IMG/VR virus record: IMGVR_UViG_3300032327_000953
Location: 174,136 to 238,135 of that record
DNA from: a virus
Taxonomy: Duplodnaviria; Caudoviricetes
Length of the DNA: 64,000 nt
Reading direction: 5' to 3' (one strand)
The notes beneath the pieces are model-generated. The model made no database searches, was not told where the DNA came from, and saw only the letters and a program-made list of their open reading frames with translations. The translations under genes and the position numbers were made by a program. Of this stretch, positions 1-9,597 are shown one piece after another. Position 1 is the first letter of the stretch, and the number at the start of each line of letters is the position of its first letter.

Positions 1-513
1 AATATTGAACAGCTTAAAGAAGCTCTTGACGGCGTTTCTGCTGTGGTTAATATTGTTGCTAATAAAACTAGTGACGAATGGTTTAAGGAATATGCTAAAG
101 CTTATAAGAAGTCTGATATTACTGGGGTTCCAGTATCAGTTAATGTTGCTGCAACTATTGCTGATCAGATGAAATCTCTGAACCTTAAGAACAGCACTGT
201 ATTCTGTAATACATATACTAACAGCACAGATAATATCAAGCCTGTTTATGGTAGTGTTTTTCAAAAGGCTTATGGTGATCCTACTCCAGTATCTCCTGTG
301 GTTGAGGATGATACAGATTCTCTTGGGACGCTTCCTGCTGACGCTGGAGGCGAGGATTTAGATCTTGACGGTTCACAGACCAAGCTTTTAAAGACGGTCG
401 TGGAGTTCCTTAATCAAGTCTCAACGCCCCTCTACTTTAGCAACAATAGGTTCCTGTCTAATGCTGCTAAAGAACTAGCGTCTAAGATCAGTGACAAGTT
501 TTGTATCGGTTGA
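1..513 (+). CDS. hypothetical protein, 5'-truncated by window edge
   Basis: Frame open from base 1 (NIEQLKEAL...) to TGA 513; acidic linker. Confidence 0.75.
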   Translation, partial: NIEQLKEALDGVSAVVNIVANKTSDEWFKEYAKAYKKSDITGVPVSVNVAATIADQMKSLNLKNSTVFCNTYTNSTDNIKPVYGSVFQKAYGDPTPVSPVVEDDTDSLGTLPADAGGEDLDLDGSQTKLLKTVVEFLNQVSTPLYFSNNRFLSNAAKELASKISDKFCIG

Positions 514-520
514 GGGTTCT

Positions 521-557
521 GTGTCAGGGGTATTGGACATTCCATACCCTTTGACAC
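521..557 (+). other. intergenic hairpin (about 15 bp imperfect stem)
   Basis: GTGTCAGGGGTATTGG-ACATT-CCATACCCTTTGACAC inverted repeat between stop 513 and SD AAGGAG of the next gene; no U-tail. Confidence 0.6.
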
Positions 558-578
558 AACCACATAAGGAGAAAACAA

Positions 579-857
579 ATGGGCAGACATACTAATGAAT
601 TAACACAGATATTGCTTGATGACGAATCAGCGAAACAAGAATTTGTTGAACTGATGAAGAAATACAATTGTTCTTTCGATGTTTATGAACACATTAAAAA
701 GAATGGTTTTAGGGGTATCCGTTTCTATGCTGGATATCAAAGCATGTGTCATGTTATACGTCGATTAGGATTTAAAGGAGCAAGAAGAGGAAGAAAACCA
801 ACAAGAGCAAATGTAATTGCCACCACTGGATCAAGATGGTCTAATATAGAAAATTGA
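579..857 (+). CDS. small basic hypothetical protein
   Basis: SD AAGGAG upstream; RRLGFKGARRGRKP basic tail. Confidence 0.8.
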   Translation: MGRHTNELTQILLDDESAKQEFVELMKKYNCSFDVYEHIKKNGFRGIRFYAGYQSMCHVIRRLGFKGARRGRKPTRANVIATTGSRWSNIEN

Positions 858-864
858 GAATTTT

Positions 865-1281
865 ATGGGACAACAAGATGAAGACTATAACTATGACGAT
901 TATGACTATGAAGATAGTCAGGACAATTTAGAGAGTCATTATAAACATTACTTCAAATTTGATCCCGATGCGTGGGATGCTTGGGGTAAAATGTTATACG
1001 ATGCTCTAAACGACATAGTTGAGTATCCGTCGAACGTATGGTATATTGGGCCTAGCTTCCCAAAGAAGTCGTTACCTGTGAATAGTTGGAATCCCAAAGC
1101 TGGTAAGGATAAAACCTTCCAGTATTTGGGGTCCAATTATCAGGGACAACCCATTTGGAAAAAGAAATATTTTGTTTGCGATCCAATCAATACTCTGTAT
1201 AAGAAGCATGTGCAGAGTAATGCTGTTCATTTTATAAATCAACCTCACTACTACAAAGGACTGTTCGACATACTGAACTAA
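865..1281 (+). CDS. hypothetical protein
   Basis: ORF tightly packed in operon; acidic N-terminus. Confidence 0.75.
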   Translation: MGQQDEDYNYDDYDYEDSQDNLESHYKHYFKFDPDAWDAWGKMLYDALNDIVEYPSNVWYIGPSFPKKSLPVNSWNPKAGKDKTFQYLGSNYQGQPIWKKKYFVCDPINTLYKKHVQSNAVHFINQPHYYKGLFDILN

Positions 1282-1283
1282 AT

Positions 1284-1547
1284 ATGATTCCAGCAATATT
1301 CTTGTTTGTAGCTATGGGAGCATCTTCATTAACAGAGACTCCTTTTTTAGCATATGAACTAGCTTCAAACATGGCTCAGTGTAAGAAATTCGATTGGACT
1401 AAAATGGAAGATGATGAGAATAATGTTCGCTACACAATAACATTTCAGCGTATGCCTTTTATTGCACAGCTAAAGTTTGAAAGAACTATGGTAAATCAGT
1501 ACAATACAAAGCAATTCAAAAAGGCAAATAACAATGGGCAAAAATAA
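1284..1547 (+). CDS. hypothetical protein, hydrophobic N-terminus
   Basis: ORF packing; signal/TM-like MIPAIFLFVAMG. Confidence 0.65.
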   Translation: MIPAIFLFVAMGASSLTETPFLAYELASNMAQCKKFDWTKMEDDENNVRYTITFQRMPFIAQLKFERTMVNQYNTKQFKKANNNGQK

Positions 1548-1974
1548 TGAATGGTTTATTATTGATGATCTTGAAAGATTTGTTGAGTCTAGCAGAGTTT
1601 TGATATTTGATAGTTTTGGTAAAAATGATTCTACAAATATTGATGATTTGTCAATCATGATATCCGATCTTCCAATAGACGAAATAGAAGAACTAAATAA
1701 GGTCTTAACTCAAGAAGAATGTTTAGTTATAGCTAAGTCGTTTATGAGGTTAGAAAAGAATAAAAGAACTCAGGAAATCAGGCATATTATCAGTTCTAAA
1801 AAATATATGGAGATGCTTGAGTCTTTCAACAGTAGAATGGTCAGCAACTTGCTGCACCACTTGGTAAATAAGGGAGTATTGGACAGTGCTTATGATAGCG
1901 ATTCTGATGACTTTATTTTTTGGGTGAAAGATGAAGATGATAACAAACAAAAAGAAACTCCTGAAACCGATTGA
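1534..1974 (+). CDS. hypothetical phage protein
   Basis: 146-aa ORF overlapping both neighbours. Confidence 0.75.
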   Translation: MGKNNEWFIIDDLERFVESSRVLIFDSFGKNDSTNIDDLSIMISDLPIDEIEELNKVLTQEECLVIAKSFMRLEKNKRTQEIRHIISSKKYMEMLESFNSRMVSNLLHHLVNKGVLDSAYDSDSDDFIFWVKDEDDNKQKETPETD

Positions 1975-2503
1975 GCATGAGGTTCATCTAAAGTATAGAT
2001 GCCCAGAATGTTCTATGGATCGCTGGATATCTCTAAGAGAATCTCAGACTGCTGGATTTATTATTGTGTGTGAATGTAATAATATTTTTAGCGTCAAAAC
2101 TGTAGAAAAGATAGTCTTAAGATATAAGGATAGAAAAGTAAAAAGAGTGGTGGAAGAAAATAAGAATGACTCCCCACTAGAGTTAGTCAAAGAAATTGTT
2201 GAAACAAAACTTGAAGAAGAAAAATTAGAACTACAGATTGAAGATAAAATACAAGTTATTGAAGAAATCAAAGAAGTAGAAGAGATAATAGAGAAACCAA
2301 TTATTCCAGATCATATGCTACAAAATTCTTGTGATGTTCTGGTTAACTATGGATTTACTGTTACCGAAGCTAAAGACTTGATAAGACAAACATACGCTGA
2401 TAATCCTGTAGATTCAGTTGGTATTATTATAACAAATTGTTTAAAAACCCTTAAAATTGGAGATAATGAAGATGTCGCAATTAATGAGACCGACTCGCTT
2501 TGA
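1931..2503 (+). CDS. Zn-ribbon protein with C-terminal RuvA domain III-like helical bundle
   Basis: CPEC...CEC at N-terminus, E/K-rich linker, C-terminal DVLVNYGFTVTEAKDLI...IIITNCLK resembling RuvA ALxALGYxxxEA...LIxxAL; directly upstream of ruvB. Confidence 0.6.
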   Translation: MKMITNKKKLLKPIEHEVHLKYRCPECSMDRWISLRESQTAGFIIVCECNNIFSVKTVEKIVLRYKDRKVKRVVEENKNDSPLELVKEIVETKLEEEKLELQIEDKIQVIEEIKEVEEIIEKPIIPDHMLQNSCDVLVNYGFTVTEAKDLIRQTYADNPVDSVGIIITNCLKTLKIGDNEDVAINETDSL

Positions 2504-3365
2504 AGATGTCATTGGTCAGTCTGCCGTTGTGGATCGCTTACGCATCGTTGTAGCGGGTTATAAAAACTGTGAGGCTGCGATGCCGCACACTTTATTAGAC
2601 GGCCCTCCCGGCCTTGGCAAGACCACCATAGCGAGTGCTATATCGTCAGAGATCGGAGTGAACCTTTATACGATCAATGCGGCCAATGTTAGAAGCATAA
2701 AGAACCTTCTGCCGTATTTGATGGGTATTGAACCAAGGTCTGTTCTTTTTATTGATGAAATCCACAGACTTCCTAAAATTGTAGAAGAATTTCTATATCC
2801 AGTTATGGAAGATTTTGTTCTGAGTATCGTTATTGAGAATAAGCCAGAAACTATTCAGCTACCAGTATTTACTATGGTAGGGGCTACAACTAGTGGTGGT
2901 AGTCTTAGCCAGCCATTCTATGATAGATTCACAATTAAAGAGCATCTATCTTTTTACTCACCAGAAGAGTTAGCTAAACTAGCAGGGTTGAACGCTAAAA
3001 AGCTCGGACTAACACTTTCTGAGGATGATCTATTGGAAGTGGCAAAAAGAAGCAAGGGAACTCCAAGGATTTTGAATTCAAGACTTCAATGGTATAAGAG
3101 CTTTGTTTCATACCATAACAAAACTGATGTTATTATTGATGATGTATTCAATAGTCAGGGAATTGATGCAAGAGGGTTGGATGTTTATGATCGTCTATAT
3201 TTGGATTTATTGTCCAAGAATAAGACAAATCCACTTGGTCTAAAGAGTATTTCTTCCTTGACAGGAATTGCTATGGAGACTATTGAGAATAGTATCGAGC
3301 CGTTCCTTATTCGTATGGGTTATGTTGTTCGTACTCAAAAGGGAAGAGTTATAGGAAAGATGTGA
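2457..3365 (+). CDS. ruvB: Holliday junction branch-migration AAA+ ATPase RuvB
   Basis: LMRPTRFEDVIGQ, Walker A GPPGLGKTT, Walker B LFIDEIHRL, VGATT, DRF, GTPR; exact start uncertain (2457-2478). Confidence 0.93.
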   Translation: MEIMKMSQLMRPTRFEDVIGQSAVVDRLRIVVAGYKNCEAAMPHTLLDGPPGLGKTTIASAISSEIGVNLYTINAANVRSIKNLLPYLMGIEPRSVLFIDEIHRLPKIVEEFLYPVMEDFVLSIVIENKPETIQLPVFTMVGATTSGGSLSQPFYDRFTIKEHLSFYSPEELAKLAGLNAKKLGLTLSEDDLLEVAKRSKGTPRILNSRLQWYKSFVSYHNKTDVIIDDVFNSQGIDARGLDVYDRLYLDLLSKNKTNPLGLKSISSLTGIAMETIENSIEPFLIRMGYVVRTQKGRVIGKM

Positions 3366-3685
3366 TGTTTAGTATCCTAGGCTTTGGTAGATTACGATAT
3401 GCTATTAGATCTCCAAGATGGAGAACAGTTAGAAAAGAATTTATTAAGAATAATAATAGCTGTGCAGCATGTGGTTCTACCAAAGACCTAGAAGTACATC
3501 ATGTTATACCAGTACATATTGATGAATCAAAAGAGCTTGATATGGATAATTTAATAACCTTGTGTTCAGAATCATGTCATATATTGTTTGGTCATTTGAT
3601 GGACTTTAAAAGCCACAATCCTATGGTAAGGGAAGATTGTGCTTTAATGTCCAATAAAATAAAAACTAGACCTTATTTGGAGTAG
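3362..3685 (+). CDS. small HNH endonuclease
   Basis: CAACG...LEVHHVIP...NLITLCxxxCH. Confidence 0.88.
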   Translation: MMFSILGFGRLRYAIRSPRWRTVRKEFIKNNNSCAACGSTKDLEVHHVIPVHIDESKELDMDNLITLCSESCHILFGHLMDFKSHNPMVREDCALMSNKIKTRPYLE

Positions 3686-3723
3686 TCTGGAATAGCATAG
3701 GCCACTTTGATTGCTCTATATTG

Positions 3724-3731
3724 GGTGTATA
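3724..3731 (+). promoter_or_regulatory. putative phage late promoter motif GGTGTATA
   Basis: Same motif recurs in intergenic DNA 20-50 nt upstream of several operon starts. Confidence 0.6.
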
Positions 3732-3764
3732 GATAGTCATATCTATATTCTAATTAGGTGACTT

Positions 3765-4508
3765 ATGTTTAAATTCTTATTAGTTTTTCTAGTATGTATT
3801 TTTGGTTCTATTTCAAATGCTGGAACCATAGATCCTAGAAAAACAGATACTCAATATATAGAATATGGAAAGAAATTTATTCATGTTGGTAAAATATATG
3901 GTCAAGATCTAAATGATGTGCAATATAGCGGATCTTGTGTAGCCTATAGCGATAGGGTGGTGCTAACTGCAGCACACATATTACATGATAGTAAAAATGC
4001 TGCAATCCATATTAACGATAAAGACATTAAAGTAAATAAATGGATAATCCATGAGAATTTTGAATATAAAAAGTTGGGCTTTAATGATATTGCAATTTGC
4101 TTTCTAGAAGAAGATATTGGCCTAGGATGGTATCCATCTCTCTATAAGAATAAAAACGAGGTGGGACAAGTCTGCTCTTTGTCTGGTTATGGTTCTACTG
4201 GAACATTTATAACCGGCCCTAAAAAACAAGATGATATAAGAAGAGCAGGATCAAATTTAATCAGTACAATAGAAAATGGAGTGTTGATGTGTGATCCTTC
4301 AATGGATAATACAAAAACACAATTAGAATTTTTTATATGTCCTGGTGATAGTGGGGGTGGTTTATTTATTGATCAACAAATTGCTGGTATACACTCGTAC
4401 ACAATGAAATTTATACCATCAAATAAACAATTTAGTGGACATACTCGTGTAAGTAATTATGTTGAATGGATCAATAACAAAAAACAATTACTAGAGAATA
4501 ATAAATGA
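3765..4508 (+). CDS. trypsin-like (S1) serine protease with signal peptide
   Basis: VLTAAH, NDIAI, GDSGG triad motifs; hydrophobic N-terminus. Confidence 0.92.
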   Translation: MFKFLLVFLVCIFGSISNAGTIDPRKTDTQYIEYGKKFIHVGKIYGQDLNDVQYSGSCVAYSDRVVLTAAHILHDSKNAAIHINDKDIKVNKWIIHENFEYKKLGFNDIAICFLEEDIGLGWYPSLYKNKNEVGQVCSLSGYGSTGTFITGPKKQDDIRRAGSNLISTIENGVLMCDPSMDNTKTQLEFFICPGDSGGGLFIDQQIAGIHSYTMKFIPSNKQFSGHTRVSNYVEWINNKKQLLENNK

Positions 4509-5446
4509 AAAAAATACTCAATAAGTTCTTTAATAAAAAGATTGGATTACTTCCATATATTAGAGAAGATATTAATAGCTTATCTACAACCAGTCCTCAA
4601 GTTCGTGGATGGGAAATAGAAAAATTTGATATTCCTAGTTTATGGTCAAAATCTCAAGGTGAAGGAGTAGTAGTTGGAGTTATTGATACTGGATGTGATT
4701 TTAATCACGAAGATATTAAAGACAATATTTTGCAGGGAATAAACTTTGTTAATCCTGGCCGCGACCCTATGGATGTTGCTGGTCATGGTACGCATGTATC
4801 GTCAACTATTGCCGCAAGTAATAATGGTACTGGTATCGTGGGTGTTGCTCCAAAAACTAAAATAGTTCCTATCAAAGCTCTTGGTGATGATGGTAATGGC
4901 AGACTTGATCATATCGTTAAAGCTATCATTTGGGCGGCTGATCGTGGTGTTGATTTTATTAGTATGAGTTTGGGTGCGCCAACTCCTAGTAGAGATTTAG
5001 AACAGGCTATTAATTATGCTGCCAGTAAGGGTTGTATTATTTTTTGTGCTGCTGGTAATTCTGGCCCAAATGTAGATATTATGTATCCTGCTAAATATGA
5101 TCATACTATAGCCATTGGAGCTATTGACGAAAATTTAAATAGAACATCATTTACTTGTAGTGGAGACTCATTAGACTTCTTAGCTCCCGGACATAATATT
5201 TTAGGGTGTGTCCCAGGAAATAACTATGCCATGATGAGTGGAACAAGCATGAGTAATCCATTTTTTGTGGGTTGTGCATCGCTATTATTATCTCATTTAA
5301 AGCACGAAGGACGATTAAAACCAAAAAGCACAGATGAGTACATAGATATTTTTAAAAACCATACCATTCATTTGAGAGATAGTAAATTTGCTGGTCAGAA
5401 AAAATATGAAGGTTATGGTATTATCAATCCAAAAGGATTAGTATAA
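4505..5446 (+). CDS. subtilisin-like (S8) serine protease
   Basis: VIDTG, GHGTHV, AAGN, SGTSM. Confidence 0.95.
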   Translation: MKKILNKFFNKKIGLLPYIREDINSLSTTSPQVRGWEIEKFDIPSLWSKSQGEGVVVGVIDTGCDFNHEDIKDNILQGINFVNPGRDPMDVAGHGTHVSSTIAASNNGTGIVGVAPKTKIVPIKALGDDGNGRLDHIVKAIIWAADRGVDFISMSLGAPTPSRDLEQAINYAASKGCIIFCAAGNSGPNVDIMYPAKYDHTIAIGAIDENLNRTSFTCSGDSLDFLAPGHNILGCVPGNNYAMMSGTSMSNPFFVGCASLLLSHLKHEGRLKPKSTDEYIDIFKNHTIHLRDSKFAGQKKYEGYGIINPKGLV

Positions 5447-5793
5447 TGAGTTTAGATATATTTTTGCTCATTATAAGTCATACAGTTTTTCTCTTGCTAG
5501 GATACTTTGCCCATTCTGCAATACATAAACACACATCAAATAATCATATTAATACTTTTGGAATTCAACAAGTATCTGCTCCTAGAAAAAAATCAGAACC
5601 ATCAGTAGAAACAACTGAGAAAATAAGAAAGATACATATAGATACAAGCAAAGTTGTTGTAAATGATCTTGATAATGAATTTGAAAAACATTTTGATACA
5701 TTTGGCAATATAAAAACAGAAAAAGATAATATCGAAGAAGTAGTAAATAAATTAGCTCAACTTAAAAAGAATAATGGAGGCAATAATGGCTAA
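5446..5793 (+). CDS. single-pass membrane protein
   Basis: N-terminal hydrophobic IFLLIISHTVFLLLGYFA; charged C-terminus; translationally coupled to the actin-like gene. Confidence 0.7.
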   Translation: MSLDIFLLIISHTVFLLLGYFAHSAIHKHTSNNHINTFGIQQVSAPRKKSEPSVETTEKIRKIHIDTSKVVVNDLDNEFEKHFDTFGNIKTEKDNIEEVVNKLAQLKKNNGGNNG

Positions 5794-6802
5794 AGGTTTA
5801 GACGTAGGCACATCATATATTGTTATGGCAAATCATCTAGATAAAAATGATACATTAACAGCAATGAATTATGTAGATTTTAGAGATGCTTTTTATGTTC
5901 TTAAACCAACTAGCGCTATAGCTAAAAGTATGATGGAAAAAGGATTGGCTGGTAAAGTATTCGTAAAAGATACAGATGACTCTTTTATTCTATTAGGTCA
6001 AGATGCTATAGATAAGGCTCTTGAAAGAAATGAGAGTGCAAGTAGACCAATGTTCAGGGGAATTATATCAGCCAAAGAAAAAAATGCTAAAAAAGTTTTG
6101 GCATTTATCATAGGTCAGGCAGTTGGTCAAGCATCAGAAGCTAATGAAAAAATAGTATTCTCAATTCCAGCACAACCAATTGATCAAGAAGATGATGATT
6201 TTGATGTTGGATATCATGAAGATGTTATTAATACTATTCTAACAAAATTAGGTTATAAATCTAAAGCTATTAATGAAGCTGAAGCTTTATGTTATTCTGA
6301 GTTAACCGAATCTAATTATACTGGTATCGGATTATCTTGGGGTGCCGGTATGGTTAATGTTTGTATCATGTTAAATGGAGAACCGATCTCAGTGTTCTCA
6401 ACAACCAAATCTGGGGACTGGATTGATAGAATGGCTGCTTCTGCCACTGGAGAAACAGATACGGTTATTCAGTATGAGAAAGAGAATGGTAGTTTTATAA
6501 TTGGGGAGTCTAATGATAATCCAATTCTGTCGGCAGTCTCGGCCTATTATCAGAGACTAATTGATTATACTACCAAGTATTTAGAAGTTGCAATTAGTGA
6601 GCATAAATTATTGTCTAAATTTAAAGATCCTCTAAATATTGTTGTTGGTGGAGGAACTACTCAAGCTAAAGGATTTGTAGAAGAGTTTGAGAAGAAATTG
6701 AAAGAAAATAATTTTCCACTCAAAATTAAAGCTGTATCCAAAGCAAAAGATCCTCTTCATGCCGTTGCAAGAGGATGTTATATAGCAGCTAAAATACTGT
6801 AA
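5786..6802 (+). CDS. actin-fold ATPase (MreB/ParM/FtsA superfamily)
   Basis: Phosphate-1 GLDVGTS, connect-1 EAEA, phosphate-2 SWGAGMV, adenosine VVGGGT, connect-2 DPLHAVARG; start taken at ATG 5786 (MAKGLDVGT). Confidence 0.85.
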   Translation: MAKGLDVGTSYIVMANHLDKNDTLTAMNYVDFRDAFYVLKPTSAIAKSMMEKGLAGKVFVKDTDDSFILLGQDAIDKALERNESASRPMFRGIISAKEKNAKKVLAFIIGQAVGQASEANEKIVFSIPAQPIDQEDDDFDVGYHEDVINTILTKLGYKSKAINEAEALCYSELTESNYTGIGLSWGAGMVNVCIMLNGEPISVFSTTKSGDWIDRMAASATGETDTVIQYEKENGSFIIGESNDNPILSAVSAYYQRLIDYTTKYLEVAISEHKLLSKFKDPLNIVVGGGTTQAKGFVEEFEKKLKENNFPLKIKAVSKAKDPLHAVARGCYIAAKIL

Positions 6803-7449
6803 TGAATTTATTTGGTGGGTCTTTACATCCAGATTTTTTAGATTCCAGATACATAGAGTATGCTGAGTGGATACCTATTGTAAAGATTATCACAAATAGC
6901 AGTTATTGTAGTGGAACCATTATTAGTAATAGATTTATTTTAACTATTAAACATGCTATTGAATATGAATCAAAGCTTGAAATCATATTTGATAATCAAA
7001 TTTTAAAGTATGAGAAAGTTATTATTCATCCTAAAATGGATATTTCTATTATAGAACTAAAAAAATCAGTTAAAACTACTAATCTTGAATTCTATGAAAG
7101 CTCTGATCTGATAGGAAAGATGTGTGTTATAGGTGGGTATGGTATTTGTAAGAAGCTTGGAAAAGAACCAAAACTAGATGGCTATAAAAGGGCTGGTAAC
7201 AATATCATAGTCTGGGAGAACTCAGACCTCTTTGAATGTTGCATGGATGGGTTGAATCCTATTGATCTTGAGTTTATATCCACCCCAGGTGATAGTGGAG
7301 GCCCAGTTTTAATTAATAATCAACTGGCTGGAGTAAATCAGTATGTTAAAGCTGATGACAACAATCCAGATAGTAGCGTTGGGGATAGGTCAGGACATAT
7401 TAAGATATCTAGTATAAAAAACTGGATAGACAAATATATCAACAGTTAA
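6802..7449 (+). CDS. trypsin-like (S1) serine protease
   Basis: ILTIKHA, DISII, GDSGGP; paralogous to 3765-4508 (KRAGNN / RRAGSN). Confidence 0.88.
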   Translation: MNLFGGSLHPDFLDSRYIEYAEWIPIVKIITNSSYCSGTIISNRFILTIKHAIEYESKLEIIFDNQILKYEKVIIHPKMDISIIELKKSVKTTNLEFYESSDLIGKMCVIGGYGICKKLGKEPKLDGYKRAGNNIIVWENSDLFECCMDGLNPIDLEFISTPGDSGGPVLINNQLAGVNQYVKADDNNPDSSVGDRSGHIKISSIKNWIDKYINS

Positions 7450-8323
7450 GTTCTTCAAGTATCTTATAGAAACTTTTGCTTTTGGATAGAACTTCACTTT
7501 CTTTTCCTTCATATAAGTTAGCAATATTATCCTCATGCCACCATAAATCAAAGAATATGCTTTGGAAAAGTTCAGGATGATTATAGTATAATGCTGTCAT
7601 AATTTGTTCTTCACTATATAATTCTATCTCTTGATCTAATAATGACATGAGTAGATCTAAAAATTTATTGCATATATTATTTACTATTGATTTTTGTCCA
7701 CCAAAGAACCCACCAATAATATGATGATCTCTACATAAATTAGTATAGTATGTATCTGGTATGGTTTGACTCCAGAAAAAATCAGTATTGTTTTTAGCAA
7801 TAACAAAGAATTTATCTTTTGTATACTCTATTAAACACTTTAAGAAATTATTATTATACAGATGAGAGTTGAAGTATTTATCATAGTAAGTATTTCCAAT
7901 GATATTCAAATGTTTATCTGGAATCAGTCCTGAGTAGGATAATCCAGCATCGAACCAGTAAATATAATCAGTATTATTTTTAGGCAAGTGATTTAATAGC
8001 CAATAAATTTTAAGATACTGAAGCTCAAAGCATCTAAATGATTTTTTCATATCATCTAAATTTTTTAGTTTCTGAATTTTTTCCTTATGAGGAGTAGCAT
8101 TTAGATCAAAAGGAATAAGAGTAATATCTGTTGGGCTATCTCCATTTTCTTTTAAATATGTATTTAATTTATCAATTTCATTAGTATATACAATAAATTT
8201 AGCATCAGACATTCTAGATAATGTTTTTAAACTAGAATAATAATGAACTTCTCTAGATGGTCTACCACCATAATCTGTGCCATGTAAATGATTAAATATT
8301 GCACTAACTATCGTTATTGACAT
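7439..8323 (-). CDS. WlaTC/HtrL-family glycosyltransferase-like protein
   Basis: YIYWFDAG, IGGFFGG, SEEQIMT; paralogous to N-half of 10218-11858; start at ATG 8323 overlapping the upstream stop. Confidence 0.7.
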   Translation of the reverse strand: MSITIVSAIFNHLHGTDYGGRPSREVHYYSSLKTLSRMSDAKFIVYTNEIDKLNTYLKENGDSPTDITLIPFDLNATPHKEKIQKLKNLDDMKKSFRCFELQYLKIYWLLNHLPKNNTDYIYWFDAGLSYSGLIPDKHLNIIGNTYYDKYFNSHLYNNNFLKCLIEYTKDKFFVIAKNNTDFFWSQTIPDTYYTNLCRDHHIIGGFFGGQKSIVNNICNKFLDLLMSLLDQEIELYSEEQIMTALYYNHPELFQSIFFDLWWHEDNIANLYEGKESEVLSKSKSFYKILEELNC

Positions 8324-9597
8324 TAGTTTAAAGTGCCTTCTATAATTGGACACCAACCCTTGCTAACACTGTGGGGCCAGACAACCCACTTCTTTGGAAG
8401 AACTTTAGTCTGGAACTCTCTCCATACCTTACAATATCCATCTGGATCATTTTTCATTCTGGCTATTTCATCAGGAGTCGCATCTAGTCTATATAGATCA
8501 TTTTCTTTCTCATCTTTAAATGCAACACACCAGAAATCATAATCTGTTTCAGGTACCTGGGAATATCCGATGTCTATACAATGTTTGAAAATATTCAATA
8601 AAGAATTTTCCCATTGATCATCTGGAACTTCAGAGTTGGGTGGTTCTTTATGCTCTAATGTTTCTTGCTGTATTGCTCTATCTTTAAAACTAATTCCAGC
8701 ATACTTTTCAAAATCATGTAAAGATCTAACATTACCAAATCCATACATACCCATATCTATTTGTTCTTCATTGTCCATACCAAATAGTTGCCTATTCATT
8801 TTATGAGCTTTATTATTTTTGGCGACCCATTCTTTGTCGTCATCCCACTGTTTAGATCGACCCTTCCTTGTATACTCATGCCAACATACAACCTTGTGAG
8901 GGTGATATAGATCGTAGCCGTGGGTATATGCTCGGACACCGACACTAATTTCTTCCCCATGAAAGTAATAGTCTGGGTTATGCTGGACCTCTTTGGAAAA
9001 TTCTCCAACAGTAAAAGCAAAATGAGCACTATAAAATCTAGCTCTTAAAGGTCTATCCTTAGCATTGAATCCGTCGAATGATGCTGGCAGAAAGAAGATT
9101 GCTCCTTCTGGAATGAATCTATCAAAATTCATTTTCCATGGTTCTTGGACTCTTGCTGCTGGATCATTATCTGGGTCAAAACTTGGGATATATGCTGTAA
9201 GTAATGGCTTAGGGCTTCCATTCTTCTGAAGATCCACTATCATATCAATTAAAGTAGTATCCCATCCTGGCGCAAATCTATGATGAGAGTCTATTTGTAA
9301 TGTATATTTTTCATCAACATAAAGTTGTTGTACAGCATTTCTGGCCCAGCAAACACCCTTTGATTCTAGATAATCAATATCTATAATTCTGAATCTATCA
9401 TCATTTTGATATTCATTTAGATTATCCCAAGCATCTTCTTTGTTATGCTGCCAAGCTATTCCTATCCTAAGATTCTCTGGGTGGTCAGCTTTTTCAAGCA
9501 TGTCTTTCAAAGTTGGCAATAATTGAGGGTCTCTATAAGAAGCTATCTGTACAAATATAGTTGAAGTATTCTTTTTCTTGCCCTTAGACTTTTTCAT
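8323..9597 (-). CDS. GT60-family polypeptide N-acetylglucosaminyltransferase (Gnt1-like)
   Basis: IFVQIASYRD, LQIDSHHRF (DSH motif), FYSAHFAF, YFHGEEI, RAYTHGYDLYHP. Confidence 0.85.
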   Translation of the reverse strand: MKKSKGKKKNTSTIFVQIASYRDPQLLPTLKDMLEKADHPENLRIGIAWQHNKEDAWDNLNEYQNDDRFRIIDIDYLESKGVCWARNAVQQLYVDEKYTLQIDSHHRFAPGWDTTLIDMIVDLQKNGSPKPLLTAYIPSFDPDNDPAARVQEPWKMNFDRFIPEGAIFFLPASFDGFNAKDRPLRARFYSAHFAFTVGEFSKEVQHNPDYYFHGEEISVGVRAYTHGYDLYHPHKVVCWHEYTRKGRSKQWDDDKEWVAKNNKAHKMNRQLFGMDNEEQIDMGMYGFGNVRSLHDFEKYAGISFKDRAIQQETLEHKEPPNSEVPDDQWENSLLNIFKHCIDIGYSQVPETDYDFWCVAFKDEKENDLYRLDATPDEIARMKNDPDGYCKVWREFQTKVLPKKWVVWPHSVSKGWCPIIEGTLN

